The notes: a model not told the origin generated them from the letters alone. Positions 38,040 to 48,016 are shown, numbered from the stretch's first letter. The stretch: DNA of 64,000 bases from a bacterium (GCA_031362565.1 JANLSU010000003.1:40512-104511), one strand, 5' to 3'. Made by a program: numbers and translations.

Positions 38040-39533
38040 TCAGGCGCTGGCAAGGGCCTCGCGCGGCGCCGGCGCCTTCGAGCCCGCGCGGTCGAGGATC
38101 GCCTTGAACTCGCTGCGATTCGGCGCCTTGTTGAGCGCTTCGTCCGGATCGACAGCGCCGCTCTTGACGATCTCGAGAAGGGCGTCGTTCATCGTCACCA
38201 TGCCGAGGGCTCGGCCGGTCTGCATCATGCTCGCGATCTGGAACGTTTTGCCCTCGCGGATGAGGTTGCTGATCGCCGGCGTGACAATGAGGATTTCCTG
38301 CGCCGCGACCCGCCCGCCACCTTTTTTCTTGAGCAGCATCTGGGCGACGACGCCGCGCAGGCTCTCCGACAGCATGGTGCGGATCTGCGCCTGCCGGTCG
38401 GTCGGGAACTGGTCGATGATGCGGTCGACAGCGCCGGCGGCGGTGTTGGTGTGCAGTGTCCCGAACACCAGGTGCCCGGTCTCGGCGGTTTCGATCGCGA
38501 TTGCCACCGTTTCGAGGTCGCGCATCTCGCCCACCAAGACGATGTCCGGATCCTCGCGCAGCGCGGCGCGCAGCGCCTGTTTGAACCCGTCCGTGTGGTT
38601 GCGCACCTCACGTTGGTTCACGAGGCATTTCTTGCTCGCATACACGAACTCGATCGGATCCTCGATCGTGATGACGTGCGCCGACCGGGTGCTGTTTACG
38701 TAGTCGATCATCGCCGCGAGTGTAGTCGACTTCCCAGAACCCGTCGGGCCGGTCACCAACACGAGACCCTTCTGGAGGTTGCAGAGCTCCAGGACCGCCT
38801 TCGGCAACCCCAGTTCTTGCGCTGTCGGAATCTTGCTCGGAATCACCCGAAACACCGCTCCGACACCGCGCCGGTCCACGAAGAGGTTGGATCGAAAGCG
38901 TGCAACGTTGGCAATTTCGTACGAAAAATCGGTGTCGTGATGCGCCGCGAACTCGTCGCGATTGAGCTCCGGCGTGATCTCGAGGAGCATCTCACGCAGC
39001 GTGTCGTTGTCGAGCGGCGTGGTCTCGCCAAGTGCCACCATCTCGCCGTCCTTGCGGAAGAGCGGCGGGTTGCCCACCGAAAGATGCAGGTCGGAGCATT
39101 TCTCTTGGATCATCTTCTGAAACAGCGCGTCAATGCGCGGCCGGTTGCCCGCGGCGCGTGGCGCCATGGATGAAGCAATTTTCGGCGCGGCCGGCACCGG
39201 CATTGCCGCAACGGGCGCGGCAGACGGCGCCACCCCTTGCAGCCGGACTTCGACCTGCATGGTGGCACTCGTGCCGCGGACCCGGACCGTCACGCGGCCG
39301 ACCGGTGCGTCGTAGAGAAATTCGCGTCCAGTGGCGGTAGAGACGATTTGGGTCGTGTCGACCGGCAGGATTTCCTGCACGAGTTCCTGGACCTGTGCCG
39401 CGGTGACCGGCTGCGCCGATGCCGGGCGCCGTTGATCGCCGGCGAGCAGAGCCACGCGTTCGTTGGCACTGAACACGACGCCGTCGGAAGGATACTTCGA
39501 CAGCAACGCCAAGAATTTGTCGATTTGAGCCAC
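38040..39533 (-). CDS. pilT: PilT/PilU type IV pilus retraction ATPase with an extra N-terminal domain
   Basis: SDLHL, GPTGSGKST, TIEDPIE, LREDPD, GEMRD, GHLVFGTLHT, ISNLIRE, GMVT. GTG 39533 with GGAGG RBS. Confidence 0.93.
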   Translation of the reverse strand: MAQIDKFLALLSKYPSDGVVFSANERVALLAGDQRRPASAQPVTAAQVQELVQEILPVDTTQIVSTATGREFLYDAPVGRVTVRVRGTSATMQVEVRLQGVAPSAAPVAAMPVPAAPKIASSMAPRAAGNRPRIDALFQKMIQEKCSDLHLSVGNPPLFRKDGEMVALGETTPLDNDTLREMLLEITPELNRDEFAAHHDTDFSYEIANVARFRSNLFVDRRGVGAVFRVIPSKIPTAQELGLPKAVLELCNLQKGLVLVTGPTGSGKSTTLAAMIDYVNSTRSAHVITIEDPIEFVYASKKCLVNQREVRNHTDGFKQALRAALREDPDIVLVGEMRDLETVAIAIETAETGHLVFGTLHTNTAAGAVDRIIDQFPTDRQAQIRTMLSESLRGVVAQMLLKKKGGGRVAAQEILIVTPAISNLIREGKTFQIASMMQTGRALGMVTMNDALLEIVKSGAVDPDEALNKAPNRSEFKAILDRAGSKAPAPREALASA

Positions 39534-39553
39534 TGCATGCCCTCCAAGGCCGC

Positions 39554-40033
39554 TCAGTCTTGGTTGATCCAAAGAACGCGGGTCTTGTTGATGAGCCGGG
39601 CATGCTCGCCATCACGCAGGCGGAAGAAGCGCTCGTTGTTGTTCAAGAAGTCTTGCACGCGCCGCTGCCCCTCCGGCATCACGTACGCGACATCACCCGC
39701 CAGGATCGAGCCGTCTTCCAATGACACTTCGATATGGCGGTGCGTTTGCTGCTGGATGGCAATATCCAGGAGCAGCATTTCATCCTCGGTGTATTCCAGT
39801 TCGGCCGGCACTGAGACCATGGTAATGGCATCGAGATTGAGGAACACGAGCGAGTCGCGTTCGAGCACCGGAAGAAAGCGCCGGCTGCCGTTCAGGACGT
39901 CGATCGGGCGTTCGTGGCCCGAATGCGTCTCGGCGCGTTCACTCAGGAACATGCTCACTTCGCGCGTGCGGCGCCCCGTGAGCGCAACCTGGGCGTTGAT
40001 ACGCACCCGTGGAACTCGAAACACCTCAGTCAT
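39554..40033 (-). CDS. Conserved hypothetical protein (DUF6812-like), copy 1
   Basis: 159 aa, two-fold internal repeat (R..D.LN...F). Paralog of 41710-42189. Family name from recall. Confidence 0.8.
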   Translation of the reverse strand: MTEVFRVPRVRINAQVALTGRRTREVSMFLSERAETHSGHERPIDVLNGSRRFLPVLERDSLVFLNLDAITMVSVPAELEYTEDEMLLLDIAIQQQTHRHIEVSLEDGSILAGDVAYVMPEGQRRVQDFLNNNERFFRLRDGEHARLINKTRVLWINQD

Positions 40034-40080
40034 GACCCCGCCTGGAGATGGCTAGTAACGGTTCCCCGTGGCCTCAAACG

Positions 40081-40095
40081 GCAAGATGCGTTCCG
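40081..40095 (-). promoter_or_regulatory. Putative sigma54 promoter
   Basis: CGGAAC-GCATC-TTGC (GG-N10-GC), 48 nt upstream of the start; conserved at 42244. Confidence 0.6.
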
Positions 40096-40184
40096 GTTCT
40101 GCGGCGAACGTACGCACGAGGTGTGATCGTTCCCCAGAGGCGCGATCGCGGGCTCGAGTCTGGAACGCGGGGCTCAAATCTCGT

Positions 40185-41657
40185 TCAACTGCAGTAGGTC
40201 ACCCAGAGCGAAATGAGTAGTACCCCTGCCAGATCCAGTAGCACGCCATAGCGCACCATGTCACGGATTCGTACGTGGCCGGTGGCATAAACCAGAGCAT
40301 TGGGCGGGGTGGAAACCGGCAGCATGAATCCGAAGGAGCAGGCCACCGTGGCGGCGATCGCCGGCTTCACCGGATCCATGTCGGCCGCCTGCGCCAGAGC
40401 CAGCACCACCGGCACCACCAAGGTGGCGCTCGCAGTGTTGCTCGTCACCTCGCTCACCGCGACCGCCATGAGCGTCGATGCAAGCACGATCCCGAGCGTC
40501 CCGTGCAGCGGCATGACGGAGAAAATGCCCTCACCCAACGCGCGCGCCAGTCCAGTGTCGAACATGAGGCCGCCGAGCGACAGGCCACCGCCGAAGAGCA
40601 GCAACGTCGACCAATCGATGCGCTGCAGCACATCGACAGCCAGAATGCGCGGAGCGCGTTCCGTTTCCGCAGCCAGGCGGCGCCGCGCCGGCAGCAGGAA
40701 CAACGCGAGCCCGCCGAGGAGCGGTACGCAGGTTTCCGGCAAGCGCGCCGTCCATTCTTGCAGCCACGTTGCCTCTCGCAGGCGGGTTGCCTGCAGGATT
40801 CCCGGCAGGATCCAACAGACGATCACAGTTCCATAGAGCGGCAGCAGAATTTTTTCGGCCAGCGACCAGGGCCCAAGTGATTCGCTGTCCGGCGCCACGG
40901 CCGCTTGATCCGCCGCGCTGTGGCGTTCGTTGCGCCCGATGAAATGAAACCAGGCGGCGGCGAGCGCCGTGAACACGAGCGCGAGCGGCGCGAAGGTCGC
41001 GCACCAGCGCGCGAACGAGACGGTCGCGCCGGTACCGGTCGCCAGCAACCGCAGCCCGATGAGATTCGGTGCGGTGCCGACGGGCGTCGCAATGCCGCCC
41101 AAAGACGGCGCGAAGGCCGCCATCAACAGCAGTCCGGTGAGCCGCCGCCGCCCGACGCGCCCGACGGCCGTGAGCGCCACGGGCAGAATGAGCGCCGTTG
41201 TCGCCGTGTTGTTCACCCACGCTGAAATGCCGCAGCCGATGGCTGCCACGGCCCACAAGAGCCGCGCCGGCTCGCGCCGCACGCGCTCGTGGCGCAACAC
41301 CGAATGCGTCAGACGCGCCTGCAACCCGTGCTCGAACGCCGCCGTAGTCAGCAAGAAGGTACCGAAGAACAAGAAGAGAATCGGATCCCCGAAGCCCGCG
41401 AACGCCAGTTTGGGATCAGCGATGCGTAAGAGCACCGCGAGCGCAGGAATGAGCAGCGATGTCCAAGCGATGGGGACGGCTTCACTCACCCACAGGCCGG
41501 CAGCCACCGTCAGCAGGACGAGAGTGCCGTGGGCGCGCGGTTCGAGGTGCGGAATCGGGACGAGAGCGACGCCGGCGGCGATCGCGGCAACACCCAGCAA
41601 GACCCAGGGGCGAACCGGGGCCGTGGCGCGCGCAGGATCGTTGCCGGTGGAAGTCAT
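40185..41657 (-). CDS. SLC13/DASS family di/tricarboxylate or sulfate symporter
   Basis: WVSEAVP, WVNNTAT, GGIATPVGTAPN, SNTAS, FMLPVSTPPNA. Confidence 0.92.
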   Translation of the reverse strand: MTSTGNDPARATAPVRPWVLLGVAAIAAGVALVPIPHLEPRAHGTLVLLTVAAGLWVSEAVPIAWTSLLIPALAVLLRIADPKLAFAGFGDPILFLFFGTFLLTTAAFEHGLQARLTHSVLRHERVRREPARLLWAVAAIGCGISAWVNNTATTALILPVALTAVGRVGRRRLTGLLLMAAFAPSLGGIATPVGTAPNLIGLRLLATGTGATVSFARWCATFAPLALVFTALAAAWFHFIGRNERHSAADQAAVAPDSESLGPWSLAEKILLPLYGTVIVCWILPGILQATRLREATWLQEWTARLPETCVPLLGGLALFLLPARRRLAAETERAPRILAVDVLQRIDWSTLLLFGGGLSLGGLMFDTGLARALGEGIFSVMPLHGTLGIVLASTLMAVAVSEVTSNTASATLVVPVVLALAQAADMDPVKPAIAATVACSFGFMLPVSTPPNALVYATGHVRIRDMVRYGVLLDLAGVLLISLWVTYCS

Positions 41658-41709
41658 GGCGCGGCATCGTAGCAGGCGTGCCGCGCCAGAGCCAGCGCCG
41701 GAACCGCGG

Positions 41710-42189
41710 CTACTCCTGACGCACCCACAGCACGCGCGCCTTATTCACGAGCCGGGCGTGGTCGCCTTCACGCAACCGGAAGAACCGCTCGGGGGCGTTG
41801 AGGAAGTCTTGAATGCGGCGCTGTCCTTCTGGAAGCACGTAGGCCACGTCGCCCGAGAGAGCCGTTCCATCGTCGAGAACGACCTCGACGCGACGGTCGG
41901 TCTCCTGCTGGCGGGCGATTTCTAGAAGCGACAGTTCGTCGTCGTTGTACTCGGAATCACAGGCCACCGTCACCATCGCGATGGCGTCGAGGCCCAGAAA
42001 GACGAGGGTGTCCCCGTCCAGCGCCGGCAAGAATGTGCGCTCGGCGTTCAGCACGTCGCTCGGCCGTTCGTGCCCCGAGTGCAGTTGCGAGTACTCACTC
42101 AAGAACAAGCTTACTTCGCGCAACCGGCGCCCGGCCAGATGCACTTGAGCGCGGACGCGGAGGCGTGGGACGCGAAAAACTTCGGTCAC
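41710..42189 (-). CDS. Conserved hypothetical protein (DUF6812-like), copy 2
   Basis: 159 aa, gap-free alignment to copy 1 (TEVFRVPR, HSGHERP, GDVAYV.PEGQRR, ERFFRLR). Confidence 0.8.
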   Translation of the reverse strand: MTEVFRVPRLRVRAQVHLAGRRLREVSLFLSEYSQLHSGHERPSDVLNAERTFLPALDGDTLVFLGLDAIAMVTVACDSEYNDDELSLLEIARQQETDRRVEVVLDDGTALSGDVAYVLPEGQRRIQDFLNAPERFFRLREGDHARLVNKARVLWVRQE

Positions 42190-42243
42190 ATCCGCACACT
42201 CCGGAAATCGACGCGGCCCGTTCGCGCGCCGATCTCCGAATGC

Positions 42244-42258
42244 GCAAGACTCGTTCCG
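42244..42258 (-). promoter_or_regulatory. Putative sigma54 promoter
   Basis: CGGAAC-GAGTC-TTGC, 55 nt upstream of the start. Confidence 0.6.
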
Positions 42259-42438
42259 GCCGGCGCGACTCCCTGGTCGATGCGAGTTGCGATGCGATCG
42301 CCGCGGCTCATGACGCCGCGTGATGGCATCCCACCACCAAGAGCGGCGCAGAAGCGCCAGGTTCCGCCTTGGTGTAGGCCGCGGTGCAAATTCGCAGACA
42401 GAGCGGTCGCGATGGCGAAAGGCCTGCCGGCCGCCGTT

Positions 42439-42975
42439 TCACCAGTTGCTCTTCTTGCCATCCTTGCTGCTGTTCGCCTGCAGCGTCGACGCGGCCTCCT
42501 GGAGGGCATTCGCCAGCTTGGTCAGTTCCTCGTTCCCCGACGAACCGTAGCTCTTCAGCGTCTCGGCCTCGCGTAGCGCCGCCTGTAGGTACGCTTCGCC
42601 CATGTACTCGTGCGCCTGCGGGAATTTGGGCCGCAGCTTGAGCGCCTGCTTGTAGTTCGAAAGCGCTTCGTCGATGTCGCCCGTCTTGCGCTGCGTGTAG
42701 GCGAGCATGTTCAGGACATCCGGATTCTTCGGCTGCTGCACCGCGAGTTCTTCGAAGATCTTGCGCGCTTCACTGAACTGTTCGTTCTTGGCGTACTCCG
42801 AACCCTTGGCGAAGAGGTCGGTGTCGCTCTTCTCGGCCGGCGCCTGCGCGGCCGGCGCGGGCGTGCTTTTCGGCTCCGGGCTCGAACCCGAAGCATGCAG
42901 GGCGGCGGCCGCAAAAGTCACCGCGACCACCGCCGCGAGACCGGTTCCTGTAGTACGGTTCGAAATTCGCGTCAT
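42439..42975 (-). CDS. Exported TPR protein
   Basis: Signal peptide; LNMLAYTQRK, AHEYMGEAYL TPR motifs; AAGGAAGG RBS. Confidence 0.85.
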   Translation of the reverse strand: MTRISNRTTGTGLAAVVAVTFAAAALHASGSSPEPKSTPAPAAQAPAEKSDTDLFAKGSEYAKNEQFSEARKIFEELAVQQPKNPDVLNMLAYTQRKTGDIDEALSNYKQALKLRPKFPQAHEYMGEAYLQAALREAETLKSYGSSGNEELTKLANALQEAASTLQANSSKDGKKSNW

Positions 42976-43216
42976 GTCTGAACCTTCCTTTCGCGAAAAG
43001 CAACCAAGGCGCCGACGAAGAGCGGCGGCCTGCCTCGTGCGGCGCAATCTTGAAAACCCGCGAGCGCTCGGATGCGTTGCCTTGGATGCGCAGTATAGAG
43101 GAGGCACCGAGCGAGAGCGAGTCAGGCCTCGGCGCGCTTGCTTATCGTCTTGAAACCCCTTCAGGCCAGAGGAGTTCCGCCATGCGACCCGGCCGACCGC
43201 GGGCCCGGCTCCAGTT

Positions 43217-43231
43217 TGGAATGCCTCTTGC
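43217..43231 (+). promoter_or_regulatory. Putative sigma54 promoter
   Basis: TGGAAT-GCCTC-TTGC, about 85 nt upstream of the TPR gene. Confidence 0.5.
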
Positions 43232-43314
43232 CTTTGCCTGGAAGGAGCCGCACGCGGTGGCGGAGCGGCAGCGCGGCCCCATCGGAGGCCGCTTTGGGGT
43301 GTGGGAGGAACAAC

Positions 43315-43806
43315 ATGGAAGCGACCGACAACAGCCGTGATGCCAGGGCCCTTTTCGACTTGGCGACGGAGAAGATGCGCCGCAATCATCTCGATGGCGC
43401 CCTAGCCGATCTCGATCGTGCCATCCGGCTGCAACCCGGCAAACCGCTGTATGTGTCGCAGTATGGTTTGTGTTTGGCGCAGCGCGGCGATTTCGATCGG
43501 GCGCTCCAATTGTGCGAGCACGCGGCCCGGGCCGGAGCACGCGATCCGCTGGTGCTCGTGAATCTTGGCCGCGTCTATCGCGCCGTAGGCGATTCTTCAG
43601 CGGCCCACGAGGTCTTCATACAAGCCTGGCGAGCGAACCGGCGCAATCGCGCTGTCGCTGCCGAACTGGCGCGCATGGGAGTGCGGCGCCCGCCGGTGGT
43701 GCGCTTCCTGCCACGCTCGCATTGGTGCAACCGTGGGTTGGGACGCCTGCGTTACAGTTTGGAGCGGGCGCTGCGGCCGGACGTACAGGTTTCAGTGAGC
43801 CGCTGA
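43315..43806 (+). CDS. Cytoplasmic TPR protein
   Basis: GGAGG RBS; TPR repeats; C-terminal GVRRPPVVRFLPRSHWCN..LGRLR. Confidence 0.82.
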   Translation: MEATDNSRDARALFDLATEKMRRNHLDGALADLDRAIRLQPGKPLYVSQYGLCLAQRGDFDRALQLCEHAARAGARDPLVLVNLGRVYRAVGDSSAAHEVFIQAWRANRRNRAVAAELARMGVRRPPVVRFLPRSHWCNRGLGRLRYSLERALRPDVQVSVSR

Positions 43807-43814
43807 AGCTCAAG

Positions 43815-44897
43815 CTACTTCGCGGGTGTTTCCGGCGCCTCGACCCAATCGGCCAGGTACAGGTTCGTATCGCCGCGCACCGCGGAGTGCCGGTTGCTCG
43901 CGAAAACGAGCCGCGCGCCATCGGGGCTGAACATCGGGAACCCGTCGAACGTCGGATCGAAGGTGATTTGCTCGAGCCCCGTGCCGTCGGTGCGCACCCG
44001 CCAGAGGTCGAAGTTCCGCCCCTTCGGATCGCCGACATTCGAGGCGAAGATGACCCAGCGGTCGTCGGGCGAAAAATACGGGCAGAAGTTGGCGGCGCCG
44101 TTGAACGTCAGTTGGCGGACGTTCTTGCCGGCGGCATCCGCCGTGTAGATTTCGAGCTGCGTCGGGCGAATCGTGTCGATCTTCAAAAGGTCGAGATACT
44201 GCTGCTTCTCCGCGTCGTTCTTCGGACGTGATGCCCGCCAGACGATCTGCTTGCCGTCGTGCGAAAAGAACGCCCCGCCGTCGTATCCGACTTCGTGCGT
44301 AATGCGCTGCACGTCGCTGCCGTCGGGCCGCATCGTGTACAGATCCAGATCGTTGTCGCGGAGCGACGTGAAAATAACCCGCTGGCCATCGACCGAGCAC
44401 GTGGCCTCGGCATCATAGCCATCGTGATTGGTGAGCCGGCGCAGGTCGCTGCCGTCGGCGCGCGCCGAGAAGATCTCGAACGTGTGGTACAGCTTCCACA
44501 CGTAGCCCTGCGAAAAATCGGCGGGCGGCGGACAAGCCGCATCGGCCCAGTGCGTCGAGGCATACAGGATGCGATCGGTGTTGGGGATGAAGTACGAACA
44601 AGTCGTCCGGCCCTTGCCCGTCGACACCAGCTTTGTCTCGCCGGTCGTGACATTCAGTGTGAAGATCTGGTCACATTGGAAATCGCCGCGCTTCGACTGC
44701 AGAATGAGCCGCGTCCCGTCCGGCGCCCAGTAGCCTTCGGCGTTTTCGCCCCCGAACGTCAACTGCCGAACATTGCGCAAATGCACCTCACGCCCGTCCC
44801 GTAACGAATCGGCGCCGGCACCTTCCGCTCGCGCTGTTGCGGTGGCGGCGAGCGTCACGATCGAAACGAACAGTGCGGCCTTCCAAGACCGGCGCAT
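43815..44897 (-). CDS. TolB-like PD40 beta-propeller, exported
   Basis: QLTFGGENAEGYW, GYDAEAT, GYDGGAFFS, FDGFPMFSPDG. Confidence 0.9.
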   Translation of the reverse strand: MRRSWKAALFVSIVTLAATATARAEGAGADSLRDGREVHLRNVRQLTFGGENAEGYWAPDGTRLILQSKRGDFQCDQIFTLNVTTGETKLVSTGKGRTTCSYFIPNTDRILYASTHWADAACPPPADFSQGYVWKLYHTFEIFSARADGSDLRRLTNHDGYDAEATCSVDGQRVIFTSLRDNDLDLYTMRPDGSDVQRITHEVGYDGGAFFSHDGKQIVWRASRPKNDAEKQQYLDLLKIDTIRPTQLEIYTADAAGKNVRQLTFNGAANFCPYFSPDDRWVIFASNVGDPKGRNFDLWRVRTDGTGLEQITFDPTFDGFPMFSPDGARLVFASNRHSAVRGDTNLYLADWVEAPETPAK

Positions 44898-45090
44898 GCA
44901 GTCCTCCTCAGCCCAGGTGCGCGTCGCGTCAACCCCTAGGGCCCATTGAACGCGACGTCGTGCATGACGTCAAGACGGGCTGGCATTCACTTGCACCGGG
45001 CGCACCGTGCCGCGCATACTGCGCGTTGTGTTGCGTCGCGTCGACGCGACGGTGCGCGACCCCCGCCATGTTCCCGTTTGGAGTTCAAGG

Positions 45091-45990
45091 GTGCGAATTG
45101 CGATCACGGGTGCGAGCGGACTCGTCGGTGCCGCCCTGGTGCGTTTCTGGCGCGCCGCGGGTCACGACGTGGTGGCATTCGTGCGCCGGCCGCGAGCCGC
45201 CGCCGCGACCCACACCGCGCACTGGGATCCGGTGGCGGGCGTCGTCGATGCGGAAGTCCTTGCTGCGAGTCAAGCAGTCGTGCACTTGGCCGGCGAGAAC
45301 ATCGCCGGCCACCGTTGGAATGCGGCCCACAAGGAGCGCGTCCGTTCGAGCCGCGTGCGTGGGACCCAGACACTCGCGGCCGCCATTGCGGCGATCCCGG
45401 GAATTCCACCGGTCTTCGTGTGCGCCTCAGCCACGGGCTTCTACGGTGATCGCGGCGACGACATCTTGACCGAAGCGAGCCCCGCCGGATCCGGATTCTT
45501 GCCGGACGTCTGCCGCGCTTGGGAAGAAGCGGCACAACCGGCACGCGACCGCGGCGCGCGGGTCGTCGCGGTGCGAACGGGGCTCGTCCTGGCGCGCGAA
45601 GGCGGGGCGCTCAGCAAGATGCTGCTGCCCTTCCGGCTCGGACTCGGCGCCCGCTTCGGCACCGGGCGCCAATGGATGAGCTGGATCACACTCGAGGATC
45701 TGGTATTGGTGTTCGACCGCGCACTGCACGATGACACGCTGCACGGCGCCGTGAATGGCGTCGCACCGGCGCCGGTTCGCAATGCCGAGTTCACGGCGGC
45801 CCTGGCGCGAGCCCTGCATCGTCCGGCGTTTCTGCAAGTGCCGGCCACGCTCCTTCAACTCGCGCTCGGCGAAATGGCCCAGCCGTTGCTGCTCGCGAGT
45901 GCGCGCGTCGTGCCGGCCCGGCTCGAGGCCGCTGGACACCGTTTCCGCTCGGCAGTTCTTCCCGATGCGTTGCGGGCGGTGTTGCAATGA
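45091..45990 (+). CDS. TIGR01777/YfcH-type NAD-dependent epimerase-like protein
   Basis: ITGASGLVG, HLAGENIA..RW, SATGFYG, GTGRQWMSWI. GTG 45091 with GGAG RBS. Confidence 0.92.
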   Translation: MRIAITGASGLVGAALVRFWRAAGHDVVAFVRRPRAAAATHTAHWDPVAGVVDAEVLAASQAVVHLAGENIAGHRWNAAHKERVRSSRVRGTQTLAAAIAAIPGIPPVFVCASATGFYGDRGDDILTEASPAGSGFLPDVCRAWEEAAQPARDRGARVVAVRTGLVLAREGGALSKMLLPFRLGLGARFGTGRQWMSWITLEDLVLVFDRALHDDTLHGAVNGVAPAPVRNAEFTAALARALHRPAFLQVPATLLQLALGEMAQPLLLASARVVPARLEAAGHRFRSAVLPDALRAVLQ

Positions 45991-46943
45991 GCCCGAAGCC
46001 GCTGCGCTTGGGAGTTTCGGCGTGCCTGCTCGGACAGAAGGTCCGGTTCGATGGCGGCCACAAGCACGACAACTACGTTACCGACGTGCTCGCCCGCTGG
46101 TTCGAACTCGTCCCGATGTGTCCCGAAATGGACATCGGCCTCGGAACCCCGCGCGAGTCTTTACGGCTCGTGCGATCTGGAGCGGAGATTCGTCTCGTTG
46201 CCCCCAAGAGCGGCACGGACGTCACCACCGCGATGCAAACCTATGCCGACAAGCGCGCCCGCAGCATCGCCCGCCAACAACTGTGCGGCTTCGTTCTCAA
46301 GAAGGATTCGCCGAGCTGCGGGCTGGAGCGCGTGCGGGTGTATGGCAATGAAGGCGTGCCGGCACGCGACGGGCGTGGCCTGTTCGCCGTCGCCCTGGTG
46401 CGCGACAACCCGGCCCTTCCCGCCGAAGAAGAAGGCCGCTTGAACGATCCGCGCTTGCGCGAGAATTTCTTGACCCGGGTGTTCGCGTACAGCCGCTGGC
46501 TGGCACTCGAGCACGACGGCCTGACGCGCGCCAAGTTGTTCCGCTTCCACGAGCACCACAAGTATGTGCTCATGGCCCACAGTCAGACTGGGCTCCGCAC
46601 GCTCGGGAACTTGCTGGGGTCCGCCGCCAAGAAGACCGACCTGAAGGCACTCGCGGCACGCTATTTGGAGCAATTCACCGTCATCATGCAACGGGTGCCG
46701 AATCCCAAGAACCACACGAACGTGCTGCAGCACGTCGCCGGCTACGTGACCGAACATCTCGACGCCGCCGATCGCGCCGAACTGGCGCAGACGATCGAGG
46801 CCTACCGGCTGGGACATCTGCCGCTCATCGTGCCGGTGACGCTCGTGCGCCACTATGTGCGCAAATTCGAAGTCGGTTATTTGCTCGACCAGGTCTATTT
46901 GAGCCCGCATCCGCACGAGCTGATGCTGCTCAATCACGTGTAA
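45987..46943 (+). CDS. YbgA family (DUF523 + DUF1722) protein
   Basis: GVSACLLG..VRFDGGHK, CPE, SPSCG, EEEGRLND, YL.PHP.ELML.NHV. Confidence 0.92.
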   Translation: MSPKPLRLGVSACLLGQKVRFDGGHKHDNYVTDVLARWFELVPMCPEMDIGLGTPRESLRLVRSGAEIRLVAPKSGTDVTTAMQTYADKRARSIARQQLCGFVLKKDSPSCGLERVRVYGNEGVPARDGRGLFAVALVRDNPALPAEEEGRLNDPRLRENFLTRVFAYSRWLALEHDGLTRAKLFRFHEHHKYVLMAHSQTGLRTLGNLLGSAAKKTDLKALAARYLEQFTVIMQRVPNPKNHTNVLQHVAGYVTEHLDAADRAELAQTIEAYRLGHLPLIVPVTLVRHYVRKFEVGYLLDQVYLSPHPHELMLLNHV

Positions 46944-46952
46944 GGCGGAAAC

Positions 46953-47939
46953 GTGGCCCGCGAGAAGATCGGCATCCTGCTGACCAATCTCGGCAGCCCC
47001 GATGCGCCGACCGCCGGAGCATTGCGGCGCTACTTGGCCGAGTTCTTGAGCGACCGGCGCGTCGTCGACTTGCCGCGCATCGTGTGGTTGCCGCTTTTGT
47101 ACGGCGTCATCTTGAACGTCCGCCCGGCGCGCTCGGCGAAACTGTACAAGCGGATCTGGTCCCCGGAGGGCGCACCGCTCGTCGTCATCGCGCGGCGCCA
47201 GGTGGCGGCGGTCGAGCAAGCGCTCCGCACCCGCATCGATCCCGTGCCGGACGTGGCCCTGGGAATGCGCTACGGCAATCCCTCGATCCGGTCGGGCTTG
47301 GAGTCGCTGCGCGACCGTGGCTGCACGCGCATGCTCGTCTTCCCGCTCTACCCCCAGTACTTCTCGGGCATCACGGGGTCGACCTTCGATGCGGTCGCCG
47401 ACACGCTGAAGAAATGGCGCTGCGTGCCGGCGCTCCGCATGCTCGGCGACTACCATGACAACGAGGCATACATCGCGGCGCTGGCGCGAAGCGTGCGTGA
47501 CGTGTGGCAGCGCGACGGCAAGCCGGACCGGACGATCTTTTCGTTTCATGGCATTCCGGTGCGCTATGAAGCGGCGGGCGATCCGTACGCGCGCCAGTGT
47601 CAACGCACGGCCGGGCTTTTGGCCGTGGCACTCGAACTTCCCTACGAGAGCTGGTTGTTGACGTTTCAGTCGCGTTTCGGACGCGAGAAATGGCTCGAGC
47701 CCTACACCGACACGACGTTGCGGACTTGGGCCGGCGAGGGCGTCCGGCGGGTCGATGTGCTCTGCCCCGGTTTCTCGGCCGATTGCCTCGAAACCCTCGA
47801 AGAGATCGCCATCCTGAACCGCGACATCTTCATGGCGGCGGGCGGCGAACGCTTGCGGTACCTGCCGGCGCTCAACGACCGGCCCGACCACATCGCCGCA
47901 CTGACCGATCTCATCGTCCAAAATCTCGCCGGTTGGTGA
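46953..47939 (+). CDS. hemH: Ferrochelatase
   Basis: LLTNLGSP, FLSD.RVV, MRYGNPS, PLYPQY, FSFHGIP, FQSRFG..WLEP, FSADCLETLEEI. Confidence 0.97.
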   Translation: MAREKIGILLTNLGSPDAPTAGALRRYLAEFLSDRRVVDLPRIVWLPLLYGVILNVRPARSAKLYKRIWSPEGAPLVVIARRQVAAVEQALRTRIDPVPDVALGMRYGNPSIRSGLESLRDRGCTRMLVFPLYPQYFSGITGSTFDAVADTLKKWRCVPALRMLGDYHDNEAYIAALARSVRDVWQRDGKPDRTIFSFHGIPVRYEAAGDPYARQCQRTAGLLAVALELPYESWLLTFQSRFGREKWLEPYTDTTLRTWAGEGVRRVDVLCPGFSADCLETLEEIAILNRDIFMAAGGERLRYLPALNDRPDHIAALTDLIVQNLAGW

Positions 47940-48016
47940 ATCGCGGCATGGGCGGCCCGGCGCGCGGCGCGTTATACTTGGGGTGGCCGCCGTGCCGATC
48001 CCCGTCCGGAGGGTCC

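Noticed and set aside
44981..44995. TGGCATTCACTTGCA as a sigma54 promoter
   Set aside because: GG to GC spacing is 9 nt rather than the strictly required 10.
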